Positions 10,581-22,714 of a DNA stretch of 35,291 nucleotides are shown here, piece by piece. The DNA lies in assembly GCF_006345805.1 (NCBI RefSeq), contig NW_021829909.1, positions 1 through 35,291 of the forward strand. The letters are read 5' to 3'. The translations under genes and the position numbers were made by a program. Positions within the stretch are counted from its first letter, which is position 1. Every line of letters begins with the position of its first letter. The notes below the pieces were generated by a model, which was given only the letters and a program-made list of their open reading frames with translations, searched no databases and was not told the DNA's origin. The DNA is from Octopus sinensis (lineage: Eukaryota).

Positions 10581-13500
10581 TTACAGATTTATGCTTAAAA
10601 TAGTGTCGTCTTTCATACTGACCATTTTTGCCACTTTTACCCACTTTTTATTAAAACTTCGTTCGACAAAGCCTTCCTCTCTATTCTCATCCTCCTTTTC
10701 AAGTGGTACTTGAAAAAGTTGACGAGAGACTGACCAGAGAGGAAGGTGTTTGTTTGTAGTCCTTTCAAACGCGTCCACCACACACATTCTTTCGCCATAG
10801 CCATCAGCGTAACGAAAACCGTTTTCCTTCCCGTTTAAAGGAAGGTGGTGGAACAAAATTCACGACATAGACTCGGCCGATAGGCGAGCCTGACCTACAT
10901 GACAACAGCTGTTCGACGAAGGACCACAGCTCTGAAATATCTGGACACTGCACGAGTGCGTGCAGAACGGTTTCGTCGCTCTGACCGCATCTCGGGCAGG
11001 TCGGTCCGGTGATGGTTTTCGAACCGTGTCTGTAGCTCTTCTCTCGAACAGGTAGTGCGTCTCGATAGCACTGCCAAGCCAGGGATTTCTGGAAGTTATC
11101 CATAGGCCCCGGCCCGAACGTCGTCCTGAACAGGCGGGTTAGGAATTCTTCGTCGACGCCCAGTTTGCCCCGAGTGTGTCGTCGGACCTCCCCTCCACTA
11201 GTCCTCTATAGAACGCTTTAGTCGTTTGGAAGTTGCACAAGTTTGACCCCGGTCGGCAGAGCTGCTGTAGAGCTTGGCGACACTCTCGGTGCCAATCGCC
11301 CAGTTTCGTCTCTTTTTGATCCACGTTTGCAGTTCGGTCAGTGAGACGAGCTGCGGGAAGTCGCGCCTCACAAACGGCGCCCACACCTGTTCACCGTCGT
11401 CGATGAATTTCCAGAGATGTCGCAATCTCAGCGCATGCCTGCGCATCATCACCACGGCATGCCCAGTCCTCCATTCAACGGATGTTGACAGCAAATAGAC
11501 TTCCTCACCATCGGAACGCCACCCTTCCACAGGAAGCGGAAGTATGCGTTCCAGTTTGGTGATGATGGCGTCGGACAAGGTACGACGGTCAGGCGGTAAT
11601 CGATGGCGGATGCGATGTACGCGTTCGCCACCTCCCCACTCGCCCGCCTTTTAGAGACATCTTTCTCTCGGCCCATGTTTGGCTGAGAGCGACCACTCTA
11701 CTCGTGATCTCGTCCCAGTTCTTATCCATTTGGAGGTCCGGACTGAACCAGACCCCGAGCAATTTAACCGGTCCGTCCGTCCAGTGTCCCACTACTTAGC
11801 CGCAGTCGGACGGCATGGGCTTGCTTCTCCAGGTGCCGAGTAGCAAACCCACTGACTTTTCCGGGTTAATCTTCGCTCCCGTCACCGTTTCATATTTTCT
11901 TAGTGTCTCGCCGACCAGCTCGATGTGCTCGTAGCTCGACACTATGACGGTGACATCGTCCGCATATGCCGACACGCTCGTCCCGCAACCCAGTTCCCGT
12001 GGGATGCCCCTCAGTGTCGCCAGCTTCCGCAGTAGCGGCTCGAGAGTCAATGCATACAGAAGCGCCGACAGGGGACACCCCTGACGGACCGAACGCGTGA
12101 TGTCAAACGGTTTCGACAGGTGACCGTTCACCCGAATCACCGATCGGATGCCGCTATACAGGCAGCGATCCAACCGCGGAAGACGGGACCGAAGCCAGCC
12201 GCCCTGGGACGGCCGCCAAGTACCGATGGTCGACCCTATCGAAGGCTTTAGACTGATCCAAATTTATCAGCGCCCCACCATGCCAGGATCCTTAACTACC
12301 CTGTCCACAATGTAGCGCATCAGATGGGGTTGTCATGTATGGTTCTGCCCGGCACGGCGCATGTTTGCGCCCTGTCGACCAGTTTACCAAGACAAGCGCC
12401 AACCTCTCGGCTATTACTTTGGCCAAAATTTTCAAATCTGCGTTGAGCAGAGTGATGTGCCTGAAATTATCTATAAAATTCCCTTGTTTGAGTCTTTCTT
12501 CAGCAACGTCACTGCACCTCGGCTCACGAAACCGGGGATTCTCCCGTTTTGTTGCCAGTTGCAGTAGACTGATGCCAAGAGGTCGCCAAACAAGTCTGGC
12601 ATTCGACAATACAGCTCGTAGGGTAAACCATCCAATCCAGGCGACTTATCCCTCGCGCAGCCCGCCATCGCATCCCACACGTCAGCGGCTGTGATGGGAC
12701 TTTCACAACACTCCGCTTCTCTTGCCGAGAGCCGCGGCAGGTCGGTCAGGTAGGCACTGAAATCCATCCCTCGTTCCGACCCACCACTCGCACCAAACAG
12801 TCGAGCAAAGTGCTGTTGAAAGGCCTCACACATCCTTTCGGGTTCGAGTAAACTGCATCCCTGTTGATCTATTAGAGACCGAATGGTTGATCTGTTGCCA
12901 CGCTGCGCCTCCGCTACCCGGTCCTCTCGCGCAGCTTCAATCCCTTCGTTCCTTAAGGCACGCATTTTAGCTCTGACGACGCAACCTTCGTGCTTGGCGT
13001 TGAGGTGTTGGTCGAGGGCCATCCTCGCAGCCAGCACGTTGGTTGCGCTGCCAGTGGTAAGTGCCTCTTCTAGTTTCTTAACTAAGTCTCCCTCTACTCT
13101 ATTTCGTTCTATCGCTAATTCCTTGCTAAACCTAATTGATTCGATTTTATTGCCATTTTCAGGGCGTACCACCAGCGGTTGTTAACGATCGCTCCCGTCA
13201 GCGCCCTCTTAATTAACTCGCTAATCCGGTTCCTGTAAACCTGTCGCGCTAACAGCGACGTGTTCAGTTTCCAGTAACCGGGACCCTGCTTATGTGTTTT
13301 ATCTAAGTCGAGCGTACACGTAACAAATTTGTGATCTGTGTAGCTGACTATTTAAATTGTGGACATCCTACACTATCCCTCTCCGCTGTCCTGCATAGAA
13401 TTCTATCTAATAATCTCGACGATCCGACGCGGTTTGTCCAAGTCCACGTTGGCACGTTCGGATGGTCGAGTCGGAACCTGTCACACAAATGGAAACGTCT

Positions 13501-14009
13501 GAGCAGGTCTTGAGGCTCTTACACTCCCTTCTATTCCTATCCCTTCCCACATAATCTAGATGCGTGTCCAAGGTAGCGTTCCAATCCCTACTAACAGTAA
13601 AGGTCTAGACGTACCCAGGAAAACCTCTAGACGTCTGAAGAAATCCGCCCGACCCGTTAAGGACGGTGCATAAACTGCCATCAGACGGAATGCACACCCA
13701 TTTCTGCCATCCATTTCCAAGACAACCAGCCTACCCTCCGGGTCTAGGAATATTGCTCTTACTTTAACCTCTAGACTCTTTCGAAAAAGCACCGCAGTAC
13801 CTCCACCACCCATGTTCGGCAGACAGGGAGAAAAATAAATGTCAAATGATTGCCAAAAGGACTCGAGGGCCCGCGGCGTACTGAGTCTGGTTTCACTGAT
13901 AGCTATATTCCACTTCCAGTGACTTGATGTCGTTTTGAAGGTAACCTTGCTTCCAAGCCGACGCCAAGCCACGCGCATTCACACAACCTAATTTAAGCAT
14001 ACTTGACAT
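10581..14009 (-). pseudogene. Tx1 copy A ORF2 (APE endonuclease-RT-zinc finger), frameshifted
   Basis: MSSMLKLGCVNARGL, SETRL, GTAVLF, VYAP, DRIL, YTDHK, PGYWKLNTSLL (APE); SPGLDGLPYELY, ITLLNADLKILAK, DQSKAFDRV, SVRQGCPLSALLY, AYADDVT, INPEKS, KLLGVWF (RT); CPRCGQSDETVLHALVQC. Confidence 0.92.
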
Positions 14010-14011
14010 TT

Positions 14012-15690
14012 ACGAAAATTGTGTTTTACACACTATATTAGAAGAGACAAGAGGCAAGAAGTGAGGTCACTTACTCATTTTAAAAGTTTCATTTTTTTTC
14101 TTCTTCTTTTCTTTTGTATCGTTTTGATGAGGTTTTTGTATAGTTTTTCGTCAGGTATCGTTGATACCCACCTACCGCATTCGGAAATATTGTTTTCAGT
14201 ATGTTGTTGTGCTTGTGTTATGTGTAAAATTCTGATGTGTTTCGGTGGTGTGGTGTGCGGATGATTGTTTTGTCTTAAAGTCATCTTCACAGACGACCAT
14301 GTTAGATTTGATGTAGTCCATTAATTCTTTTATTGTCTGTGTCTATTGCAGTTAGTTGTGTGTGTGGTTTTACGGGTTCATTACTTTTTTGATTGTCTAG
14401 GGGGATGTTGTCCTGAGTTAGATATCTCCCTGCTTTACTTCCTTGTTTGGTGGATTTTTGGATCTTTTTCTTTTACCCCCTGTGGCTATTTGCCATTCCA
14501 TCGAACTTTCGTCGTCCGAGGTATCAGTATGGGGTAGAGGAAAAGAACAGGATCACTATGTATGCTTGTATAATTGTTGATGTTTTGTGCGGTGTTTGTG
14601 TTGTTGTGGTGTTAGGGGTAGCATTTGTCTTCTCGTCAGTGTTTTCTGTCTTTTTAATTGTCGTCCTGGGTGTGGGTGTGGTCGATTTTTTGAAGATTCA
14701 ACAAGTTTAATTGTTGTGACGTCAACGGTGATTGTGTTGGTACTGTTTTTCTTGGTGATGTTGTTGGGTTGTTTGCTGGTTTGTTTTTTTCTTGGCGTTG
14801 TTCCATAATTGAGTGTGTTGTGTTGGTGTTGGTGTTGGCAACAAAGGGATTTTATTTGTTTTCTGAATTGTTCTTTCTTGTTTATTCTGTACCAGATCGC
14901 ACTTGGCAATCAAATGTTCGGGGCTGCCACATTTGTAGCATCTAGGCTTTTTGCCTTCTGCCATAACATATAGGCATTGCCCATTCTCCAAGTATATCTT
15001 GTCGGGTAGGCTCTCGATAGAGGCCCCCTCAATCTGGATGGTCACTACTACTGTTTTTTTCCCACCCAATTGTCGTTTAGGTACACGGCTGTTTCTAGAA
15101 TATTGATATTTTCAAGTGGTAACAGATTGCCCCTGTTATCCATTTGTTCGGCATATCGGGGGGTACATTTCTGATAGTAATTCTACTCACCCTCTGGTTT
15201 TATAATAAGGGACCATGATGATTTCATCATTTCCCAGAGACTCAGTAGAGTGAGCTTTTGCCACTTCCTGGTTAGGGAAGCGGACTGTGTTAAACGGGGA
15301 CCCCAGTTTATATACTCTTTTTCTTTCATTATGTTTTTTAAACATTTCTCCACATCAGTTTTTGTAATCTGTTCATTTGGTTTTTTGTTTTTTCTAATAA
15401 TTTTATATACGATTGTCTTATTTTCTATTTCTTGTTTTATATGTTGAGGTGTATGCAGGACTAAATCTTGTCCACGGGTTGTAAAGAGAGCTCTTGTTTC
15501 TATGAGCTCTTCATTTGTGAATGTAACAATCTCCTTTTTTCTGGCGAAGAATATCTGCGAAATTTACTGTTGTTGACTTTTGTATTGGCATCTTCACTAT
15601 TAGATAGTTCATTTTTATTGTTGTTCTTGTTGCTGTTGTTTTTGTCAATAGTTTTTCGTTTCAGTTTTATTTTTAGCATTTATGTTGGTC
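14012..15690 (-). pseudogene. Tx1 copy A ORF1 (gag-like, CCHC zinc knuckle), frameshifted
   Basis: CYKCGSPEHLIAKC (CX2CX4HX4C) in ORF 14722..15069; upstream IRNVPPDMPNKWITGAIC; T/Q/K-rich low-complexity C-terminal half. Start and end approximate. Confidence 0.75.
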
Positions 15691-16143
15691 GTGGTAGTGG
15701 TGGGGGTGGTGGTGGAGGTGGTGGTGGTAGCAGTTGTTTTCTCGTGGTTGCTGTTGTTAGTGGTGGTGGTGGCGGTGGTGACAGGGCTGTTAACGCACGT
15801 GGGTTGCAGCGTTCATTTCACCGAATTTTACGTTGGCATTTTCCGTGCGAACGTTCTTTTTTTTCTCTCTGTCGTTTCCAGACTAGGAAAATGTTGTTCC
15901 ATAAAAGAACGCGACCAGCGTTCAACAATAAAATTTCTAGACATTTTCTAATGTCGAGAAGAAAATAACAGAAATGAAAGGGGTCGAAACTGCCCCTAGG
16001 GACGAATTCCTCCCTTGGAAAAGCACTCATATGAAAGTTGGTTGCCTTACACACCTTATTTGCAAAAATCTACACAAAAATTGGCCTATAATAGTCAAAA
16101 TAAATGATTACTATTCGGAGCTGAAACGACATCACATCCGTCA

Positions 16144-16201
<58 letters not shown>

Positions 16202-16208
16202 GATAGAT

Positions 16209-16251
<43 letters not shown>

Positions 16252-16263
16252 GATAGATAGATA
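16144..16263. repeat. (GATA)n tract separating Tx1 copies A and B
   Basis: Direct inspection. Confidence 0.97.
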
Positions 16264-19200
16264 TGTTTCTTTATTAGCCACACAGGGCTGCACACAGATA
16301 GAACAAATTACAAGGTAGAGCTTTTCTTTGAAGGTTTAAAAAAAAAAAAAAAGGAGGGGGAGTTTCGATCAAAAGGGATCGTAAAGGAGAGAAAGAGGAC
16401 AAAGAAAGGGGTGTTAAAAAAAAAAAAGGGGGAGAGGAAAAAAAAATTGATCAATAGGGATCGTTATCACAGAAATGTCAATATGAAGTGTAAAGGGGAG
16501 GACAGGTGAGGTTTATCCGTGGAAAGAAAAGCCTACGGAAAAGACCACGGTAACCTCGGTCAATGAAGTCACATTTTATATTTCTTTTTTTTTTTTTTTT
16601 TTTTTTGCAAATAGCAACTCTCTGTTTTCGATTTCTGGGTTCATAGGACTATGCTCAAGGTGGCTTCGTCATTCATACGTGCCATTCTTGCTACATTCAC
16701 CCATCTTTTTTAAAACATTCGCTAGACAAAACTTGCCTCTCTACTCTCACTTTCCTTTTCAAGTGGTACTTGAAGAAGTTGATGAGAGATGGACCAGAGA
16801 GGAAAGTGTTTGTCTCCAATCCTTTCAGACGCGTCCACCAGATACATTATTTCGCCATAGCCACAAGGATGATGAAAATAGCTCTTCCTTCCCGTTTGAA
16901 GGAAGGAGGCGTGACATATTGACGATAGACTCAGCTGATAAACCGACTCGTCCAACACGTGACAGCAGTTGTTCGACATAAGCCCACAGGTCGGAAATTG
17001 TTGGACACTGAACGAGTGCGTGCAGAACGGTTTCGTCGCTCTGACCGCATCTCGGGCAGGTCGGCCCCGTGTTTCTCGAGCCGTGTCTGTAGAGCTTATC
17101 CCGAACGGGTAGCGCTTCTCGGTAGCACTGCCAGGCCAGGGATCTCTGGAAGTTTTCCATGGGCCCTGGCCCGAAAGTCGTCCCGAACAGGCGGGTCAGG
17201 TACTCCTCGTCGACGTCCAGGTTCGCCCGAGCTCGTCGTCGTACCTCCCCTCCACTAAACCCCTATAGAATGCTTTGGTTGTGTTGAAGTCACTTAAGGT
17301 CGACCCAGGACGGCAGAGTTGCTTGAGAGCAACGCGACACTCGCGGTGCCATTCGCCCTTCCTCGGCCTCTTTTTAATCCACGATTGCAGTTCGGTCATG
17401 GAGACGAGCTGCGGGAAAGCGTGCCTCACAAACGGCGACCACACCTGTTCACCGTCGTCTACATAGAGCCAGAGATGTCGCAGTCTCAGCGCGTGTCTGC
17501 GCATCATCAACCACGGCATGCCCAGCCCTCCTTTTAACGGGTGTTGACAGCAAATGGATCGCCTGACCATCGGGACGCATCCTTTCCACAAGAAGCGAAA
17601 GAGGATGCGTTGTAGTTTTGGTGATGGTAGGGTCGGGACAAGGTACGACGGTCAGGCGGTAGTAGATGACGGACGCGATGTACGTGTTCGCCACCTCCGC
17701 TCGACCTTTTAGGGACAGTTTCTTCTCGGCCCATTGCCGGGCGAGAGTGACCACCCTACTCGTTATCTCGTTCCAGTTCTTCTCCACTTGGAGGTCCGGA
17801 CCAAACCAGACCCCGAGCAACTCAACCGGGCCGTCGGTCCAGCGTCCCACGACGGAGGCGCTGGTGGACGGCATGGGCTTGCTTCTCCAGGTGCCTAGTC
17901 GCAAGCCCACTGACTTTTCCCGGTTGATTTTTGCTCCTGTCACCGCTTCGTAGTTTTTCAGTGTCTCGCCGACCAGCTCGATGTGCTCGTGGCTAGACAC
18001 TATGACGGTGACGTCGTCCGCGTATGCAGACACGCTCGTCCCGCATCCCAATTCTCGCGGGATGCCCCTTAGAGTCGCCAGCTTCCGCAGTAGTGGCTCA
18101 AGAGTCAATACGTATAGAAGCGCCGAGAGGGGGCATCCCTGACGGACCGAACGTGCAATGTCGAAAGGTCTCGATAGATGTCCATTTACGCGAATTACCG
18201 AACGGATGCCTCTGTACAAGGCAGCTATCCAGCCGCGGAAGACGGGACCGAAACCAGCCGCTCTCAGGACTGCCTCCAAGTATCGATGGTCTACCCTATC
18301 AAAGGCTTTCGATTGATCCAAGTTGATCAGGGCCCCACCCATGCCAGGTTCGTTAACTACCCTGTCTATGATGTAGCGCATCAGATGGAGGTTGTCATGG
18401 ATGGTCCGGCCTGGCACGGCGCATGTTTGCGCCTTGTCGACCAGTTTCTCGATGACAAGCGCCAACCTCTTGGCTAGCACCTTGGCCAAAATTTTCAAGT
18501 CTGCATTAAGCAGAGTGATGGGCTAAAGTTATCTATTACATTTCCCTTGTTTAGATCTTTCTTCAGCAGTGTTACGGCTCCTCGGCTCACAAAACCAGGA
18601 ATGCTCCCGTTTTGCTGCCAGTTGCAGTACACCGCCGCCAAGAGATCTCCAAACAAGTCTGGCATACAATTGTAAGCTCGTAGGGTAGACCAACAAACCC
18701 GGTGATTTGTCCCTCGAGCATTCTGCCATCGCTTCCCCCGCACTTCCGCCGCCCGTGATGGCACCTTCGCAGCACCCTGCCCTTCTTGTCGAGAGTCGTG
18801 GTAGGCTATGTAGGTAGGCACTGAAGTCCCCCCTACGTTCTTGCCCTCCACTCGTTCCGAACAGTCGGGCAAAATGCTGCTGAAGGCCTCACACCATTTT
18901 ACTTGGCTCGAGCAATTCGCGCCCCTGTTCATCTACGAGTGACCGAATGGTGGCTTTGTTGCCCTGTTGCGCCTCTGCCACCCGGGCCTCTCTCGCGGCT
19001 CCAACACCTTCGTTCCTAAAGCACGCATCCTAGCTCTGACAGCACATCCTTCGTGTTTGGCGTTGAAGTGTTTGGTCGAGGGCCACCTCGCCGCCAAAAC
19101 GTCGGATGCGATGCCGCGCTTCTAATTGCCTCTTCTAGCTTCTTAACTAGCTCACCCTCAACTCTATTTCTATATATGGCTAGTGATTTGCTGTACCACC

Positions 19201-19747
19201 TAATCGCTTCTGCTTTTACTGCTCTCTTGAGGGCAAACCACCATTTGTTGTTGATGATGGCTCCCGTCAAAGCCCTCTTTACTAGTGTGCTAATCCAGTC
19301 TCTGAAACTTGTCTCGATGGGAAAGACGCGTTTAGTTTCCAGTATCCGGGACCCTGCCTAAGTGTCTTACCTAAGTCTAGCGTACATGTCACAAGTTTGT
19401 GATCCGTGTAGCTGACTATGTGGAATTGTGGACATCCTATGCTATCTCTATCTACTGTCCTACACAGTATCCTATCTAGATACGATCTCGACGACCCGAT
19501 GCGGTTGCTCCATGTCCACGTTGGCGCATTCGGGTGGTCTAGTCGGAACCTGTCAGACAGTTGAAAGCGTCTGAGCAGGTCTCTGAGGCATTTGCATCCC
19601 CGTCTTTCTTATCTCTACCACGTAGTCTACATGCGTGTCCAAGGTAGCATTCCAATCCCCCACTAAGAGTAAGGACGAGACGTTCCCCAAGAAACTTTCT
19701 AGACGTTGAAAGAAATCCGCCGCCCACCTGTTAAGGGCGGTGCGTAA
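16264..19747 (-). mobile_element. Tx1-clade LINE copy B, 5'-truncated within the APE domain
   Basis: Begins at YAPPLTG...GDWNATLD; 349-aa RT ORF 17449..18498 (LDQSKAFDRVDH, RQGCPLS, YADDV, ELLGVWF); CPRCGQSDETVLHALVQC; 3' end ...AATAAAGAAACA. Confidence 0.92.
16641..19747 (-). pseudogene. Tx1 copy B ORF2 (partial APE, RT, zinc finger), frameshifted
   Basis: ORFs 17449..18498, 17196..17591, 16825..17160 and 19016..19270 are colinear with copy A ORF2; stop codon at 16641-16643. Confidence 0.92.
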
Positions 19748-19772
19748 GATAGATAGATAGATAGATAGATAG
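19748..19772. repeat. (GATA)6 abutting the truncated 5' end of Tx1 copy B
   Basis: tgcgtaa|gatagatagatagatagatagatag. Confidence 0.95.
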
Positions 19773-20156
19773 GCACAAATTTATAAATCTAAATAGACAT
19801 ATTACTGACTGTGGTTATATTCTTCACGATCTAAATTTCATTTCTTATGTATTTATTCATTTTCCAAAGCGATGTAAATGCTTCCTGAAATAAACTTGCA
19901 CTCAGAAACTCTGAATGACTGTTGGGTAATGAACAATTTGTTATCTCTGAGTGTACTCACCTTATAGCGGAAATAGCCGTAATCTAATGCAGTCTATTGC
20001 ATAATTTCCCGTTCCTCTGTCATTTATTAATTTCATATTATGTACTGTACTCGACTAACGCTGTATTTTGCAGCAAACTTATATTGAGTTCTAACACCAG
20101 GTAATTATTATCACCATATATATATACATACACACACGAACTTATATGTATATATA

Positions 20157-22644
20157 TTAGGGTTATGTCTTTTTCACAACTCATACTGTAATTCGACGAA
20201 TAATTTCATAAAAGTTAGGAAACTAACATTTATTTTGCTTTATTTGGAAAAAAACGTCGCCTCCCACGTATGATATCAATTATCACTTTTGACCTAAATC
20301 ATGCAAAATTTTCGGAGCGGTGCTTCATAACGCCTGCTCAAGTTTTTACCAAAGTTGGTGCGCTGAATAGTATAAATGAAATTTCAGCTTTCTAGTTGAA
20401 GTAGTTTCAGATTTATGGGATTTTAAAACTATGATCACTAGGTGGCACTAGATTCACATTTCAGTATTTCCACTGCCTAAATCCTTGTAAACGCAAGAGA
20501 GATGTGGAATAAAAGTGTATTTATATCTTTTTAAGATTACTGAAATGAAATTGCTCGATGCAAATGTTCAAAACTAGGCTATTTTAAGACAGAAGCCACT
20601 ACAAGCATTCGATAGCATACAAAATTAAAAACAATTCATATTTTAAACTTTATACATTTAATTCCAATTCTAAATAACTGTATAAGAAAAAGGTTACTGA
20701 ATGTTAGCAAATTTTTAAACATAATAAAGAATTAATATGTTTTGTTAGATAAGATAAATCGAAGCTGAAGTTTCTCTTTTCTTTTACAAACATCATAAAT
20801 ATCTTCAGGGCCTTTGATTGTCCGTTCTGCATTCTGATTTGTACTGGGAATTTTCAGTTTCGATGGTTCACGACTCCAAAAGTTTTTTACAGGGTTCAAT
20901 GCATTTTTATAAACTTGCAGGTTACCACATAACTGTTGATAATCATGTGCATTGAATATTTGGTCAGTAAACTAAAATTCTGCCCAGCTGTAAGAGATGA
21001 ACCGACTAACACTGAAAAGCAAGACTCTTTTCTCTGGTAGAAGAATAAAATCCAAAAGAGCAAGTATTGCTCGAGAATTCTATCGTTTTTGAAACTTTGC
21101 AGTAGGAAATTTTCTGGTTTCTTCAAAGAAACGAAAACCTCTGATCAAATGAAATAGAAATTTTATGTCATCTCACCATCCTGCTGATTCAGTAATCTTT
21201 TCTTCACCATTGTTGAAATTAGCCTGGAGTTTCTCATAATTTCTTAGAAGCTCTGAGATGAATCGTTATCCATTACAACACGAAGAACTCTATCAAGAAT
21301 ATGATTCTGACAAACAATAAATTGCGATTCTTTCAAACACTTTTGGGCAAACAGTCTTTGCAACTGAATGACAATGCTATTTCTTTTACCCGTAGTATTT
21401 TCTTAATTCTCTCTTTTAGTTTAACAGCTTCTTTGATGGTCGATCTGTAAATACCAGATTGGGAAGGAGTCTCGACATTCATTCCATCTTGAGATAATTG
21501 TCGACAAACTGTTGCTGCTTTTTGGGTTAATAGCTTGGAAGATATTACTAACTTGGTTGCGGTTCCAGTTTTGTTATACTTCCTCCTTGTTTGTGTGGAT
21601 TCTTCATCTAATTTTTCGGATTTTTGATATTCCCTTTAAGTCTCTGCTTCTGACGTTGACGATGACACCGGAGTTGCTTTGGTTGAAGTTGGCATTAAGG
21701 ACACTTTTCTTCTTTTGGATGGAGGAATAGTTTTGGAACTGGCTGCCATTCCAGTTTTATAACCAGCCTGTCCCTTGCTTTCAATTTGAAGATAATGTAA
21801 CCTTCCATCCTCACTGCACAACCATTCACCGTTTTCCTTTGTGATGTCAAAAATTCCTTTCAATGAATCGTATTTTCCTCGTTTTACACATTTATCGTAG
21901 GTATTCAGCACTTTTTCTACTTTTGCTTGTACATTTTAAATTGATAATTATGGGAAATTAAATTTCTTTTGCCATAAAAAAGTTACTTCTTTCGAAATTT
22001 CCTTTGTTCTTTCTTCTCTTCCTTTGATGGTACTTCCAAGGAACATGTAGCGACTGACAATTTGAAGTTTTATTGGTATCCTGCAGTTGTCCTCCAAAGA
22101 ATGTTCTTCTAGAGGAACAGGTCTTCTTTTCCTATGTGAGTCTTGAAATTGCACGAGATTTTCCGTCCTAACTTTTTGTTTCTTTGAGTGACACAAGCAC
22201 TTCTCTTATGGGACATTATTTTAGATATTCTAGTTAAATAGGCCTTACTATTCTAAAACAAACAGTTAATATAGTCAGTTTCTTGCGTCACAGAAATAAA
22301 AAGGAGAGGAAGAGGATATTTCCTAAAATAGGACCTAAGTGGTAACAAATCAAAAACTCTATAACTCCTAAACTACTTAAACTTGAAAGCTGAATTTTGA
22401 GATATTCTGCTTCTGAACTGTAGAAGTCAGCATACCAAGTTTGGTGAAATCTTGAGTAGGCATTATGAACCCCACTAGAATTTTGCATGATTTGGGTCAG
22501 AGGTGGTGGTAGATTTCTTCAGTTCGAAGTGACGTTTATTAAAAAAACTTAAAGGTTATTTTCCTAATTTATATGAAATTAATCATCGACTTTTGATACA
22601 GGAAATTGTTTACTTCCAAAAGAATCAATGGGTCTTATCCCTAA
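20157..22644 (-). mobile_element. Decayed hAT-like (hATm-type) DNA transposon with long TIRs
   Basis: Ends TTAGGG (20157) and CCCTAA (22639-22644). 20157-~20430 is inverted relative to ~22345-22644 (e.g. gacctaaatcatgcaaaatt 20291-20310 vs aattttgcatgatttgggtc 22479-22498). Internal transposase pieces LQIVSRY...KEVTFLWQKKFNFP, CQNHILDRVL, GW*DDIKFL, NQNAERTIK. Subfamily assignment is from recalled motifs. Confidence 0.7.
20790..22196 (-). pseudogene. Transposase remnant of the long-TIR element
   Basis: ORFs 21948..22196 and 21636..21911, plus manual translation FIVCQNHILDRVLRVVMD...NYEKLQANFNNGEEKITESAGW*DDIKFLFHL...NSRAILALLDFILLP...EPSKLKIPSTNQNAERTIKG. Confidence 0.7.
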
Positions 22645-22714
22645 TCCTTTTATATATAAACATATGCGTGCGCGCCCGCGCGTGTGTGTGTTTGAGTTTG
22701 TGTAATAATAATGG

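Larger units (their letters stand above)
10285..16143 (-). mobile_element. Tx1-clade (L1-like) non-LTR retrotransposon, copy A, probably near full length (~5.9 kb)
   Basis: ORF1 with CCHC knuckle; ORF2 with APE, RT and C-terminal CCHC; 3' UTR ending AATAAAAAG; flanked by (GATA)n on both sides. The 5' boundary (15900-16143) is inferred from the flanking repeat only. Confidence 0.88.

Noticed and set aside
15468-15968. 166-aa plus-strand ORF with poly-Gly
   Set aside because: Antisense reading of the low-complexity Tx1 ORF1/5' region.
10071-16263. (TATC)n as merely the LINE 3' tail
   Set aside because: The repeat also abuts the internally truncated 5' end of copy B, and each 3' end has its own AATAAA plus a short A-rich tail before the repeat.
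10071-19772. Copies A and B as one tandem segmental duplication
   Set aside because: They differ by roughly 10-20% with mostly synonymous changes, have different 3' ends, and B is independently 5'-truncated.
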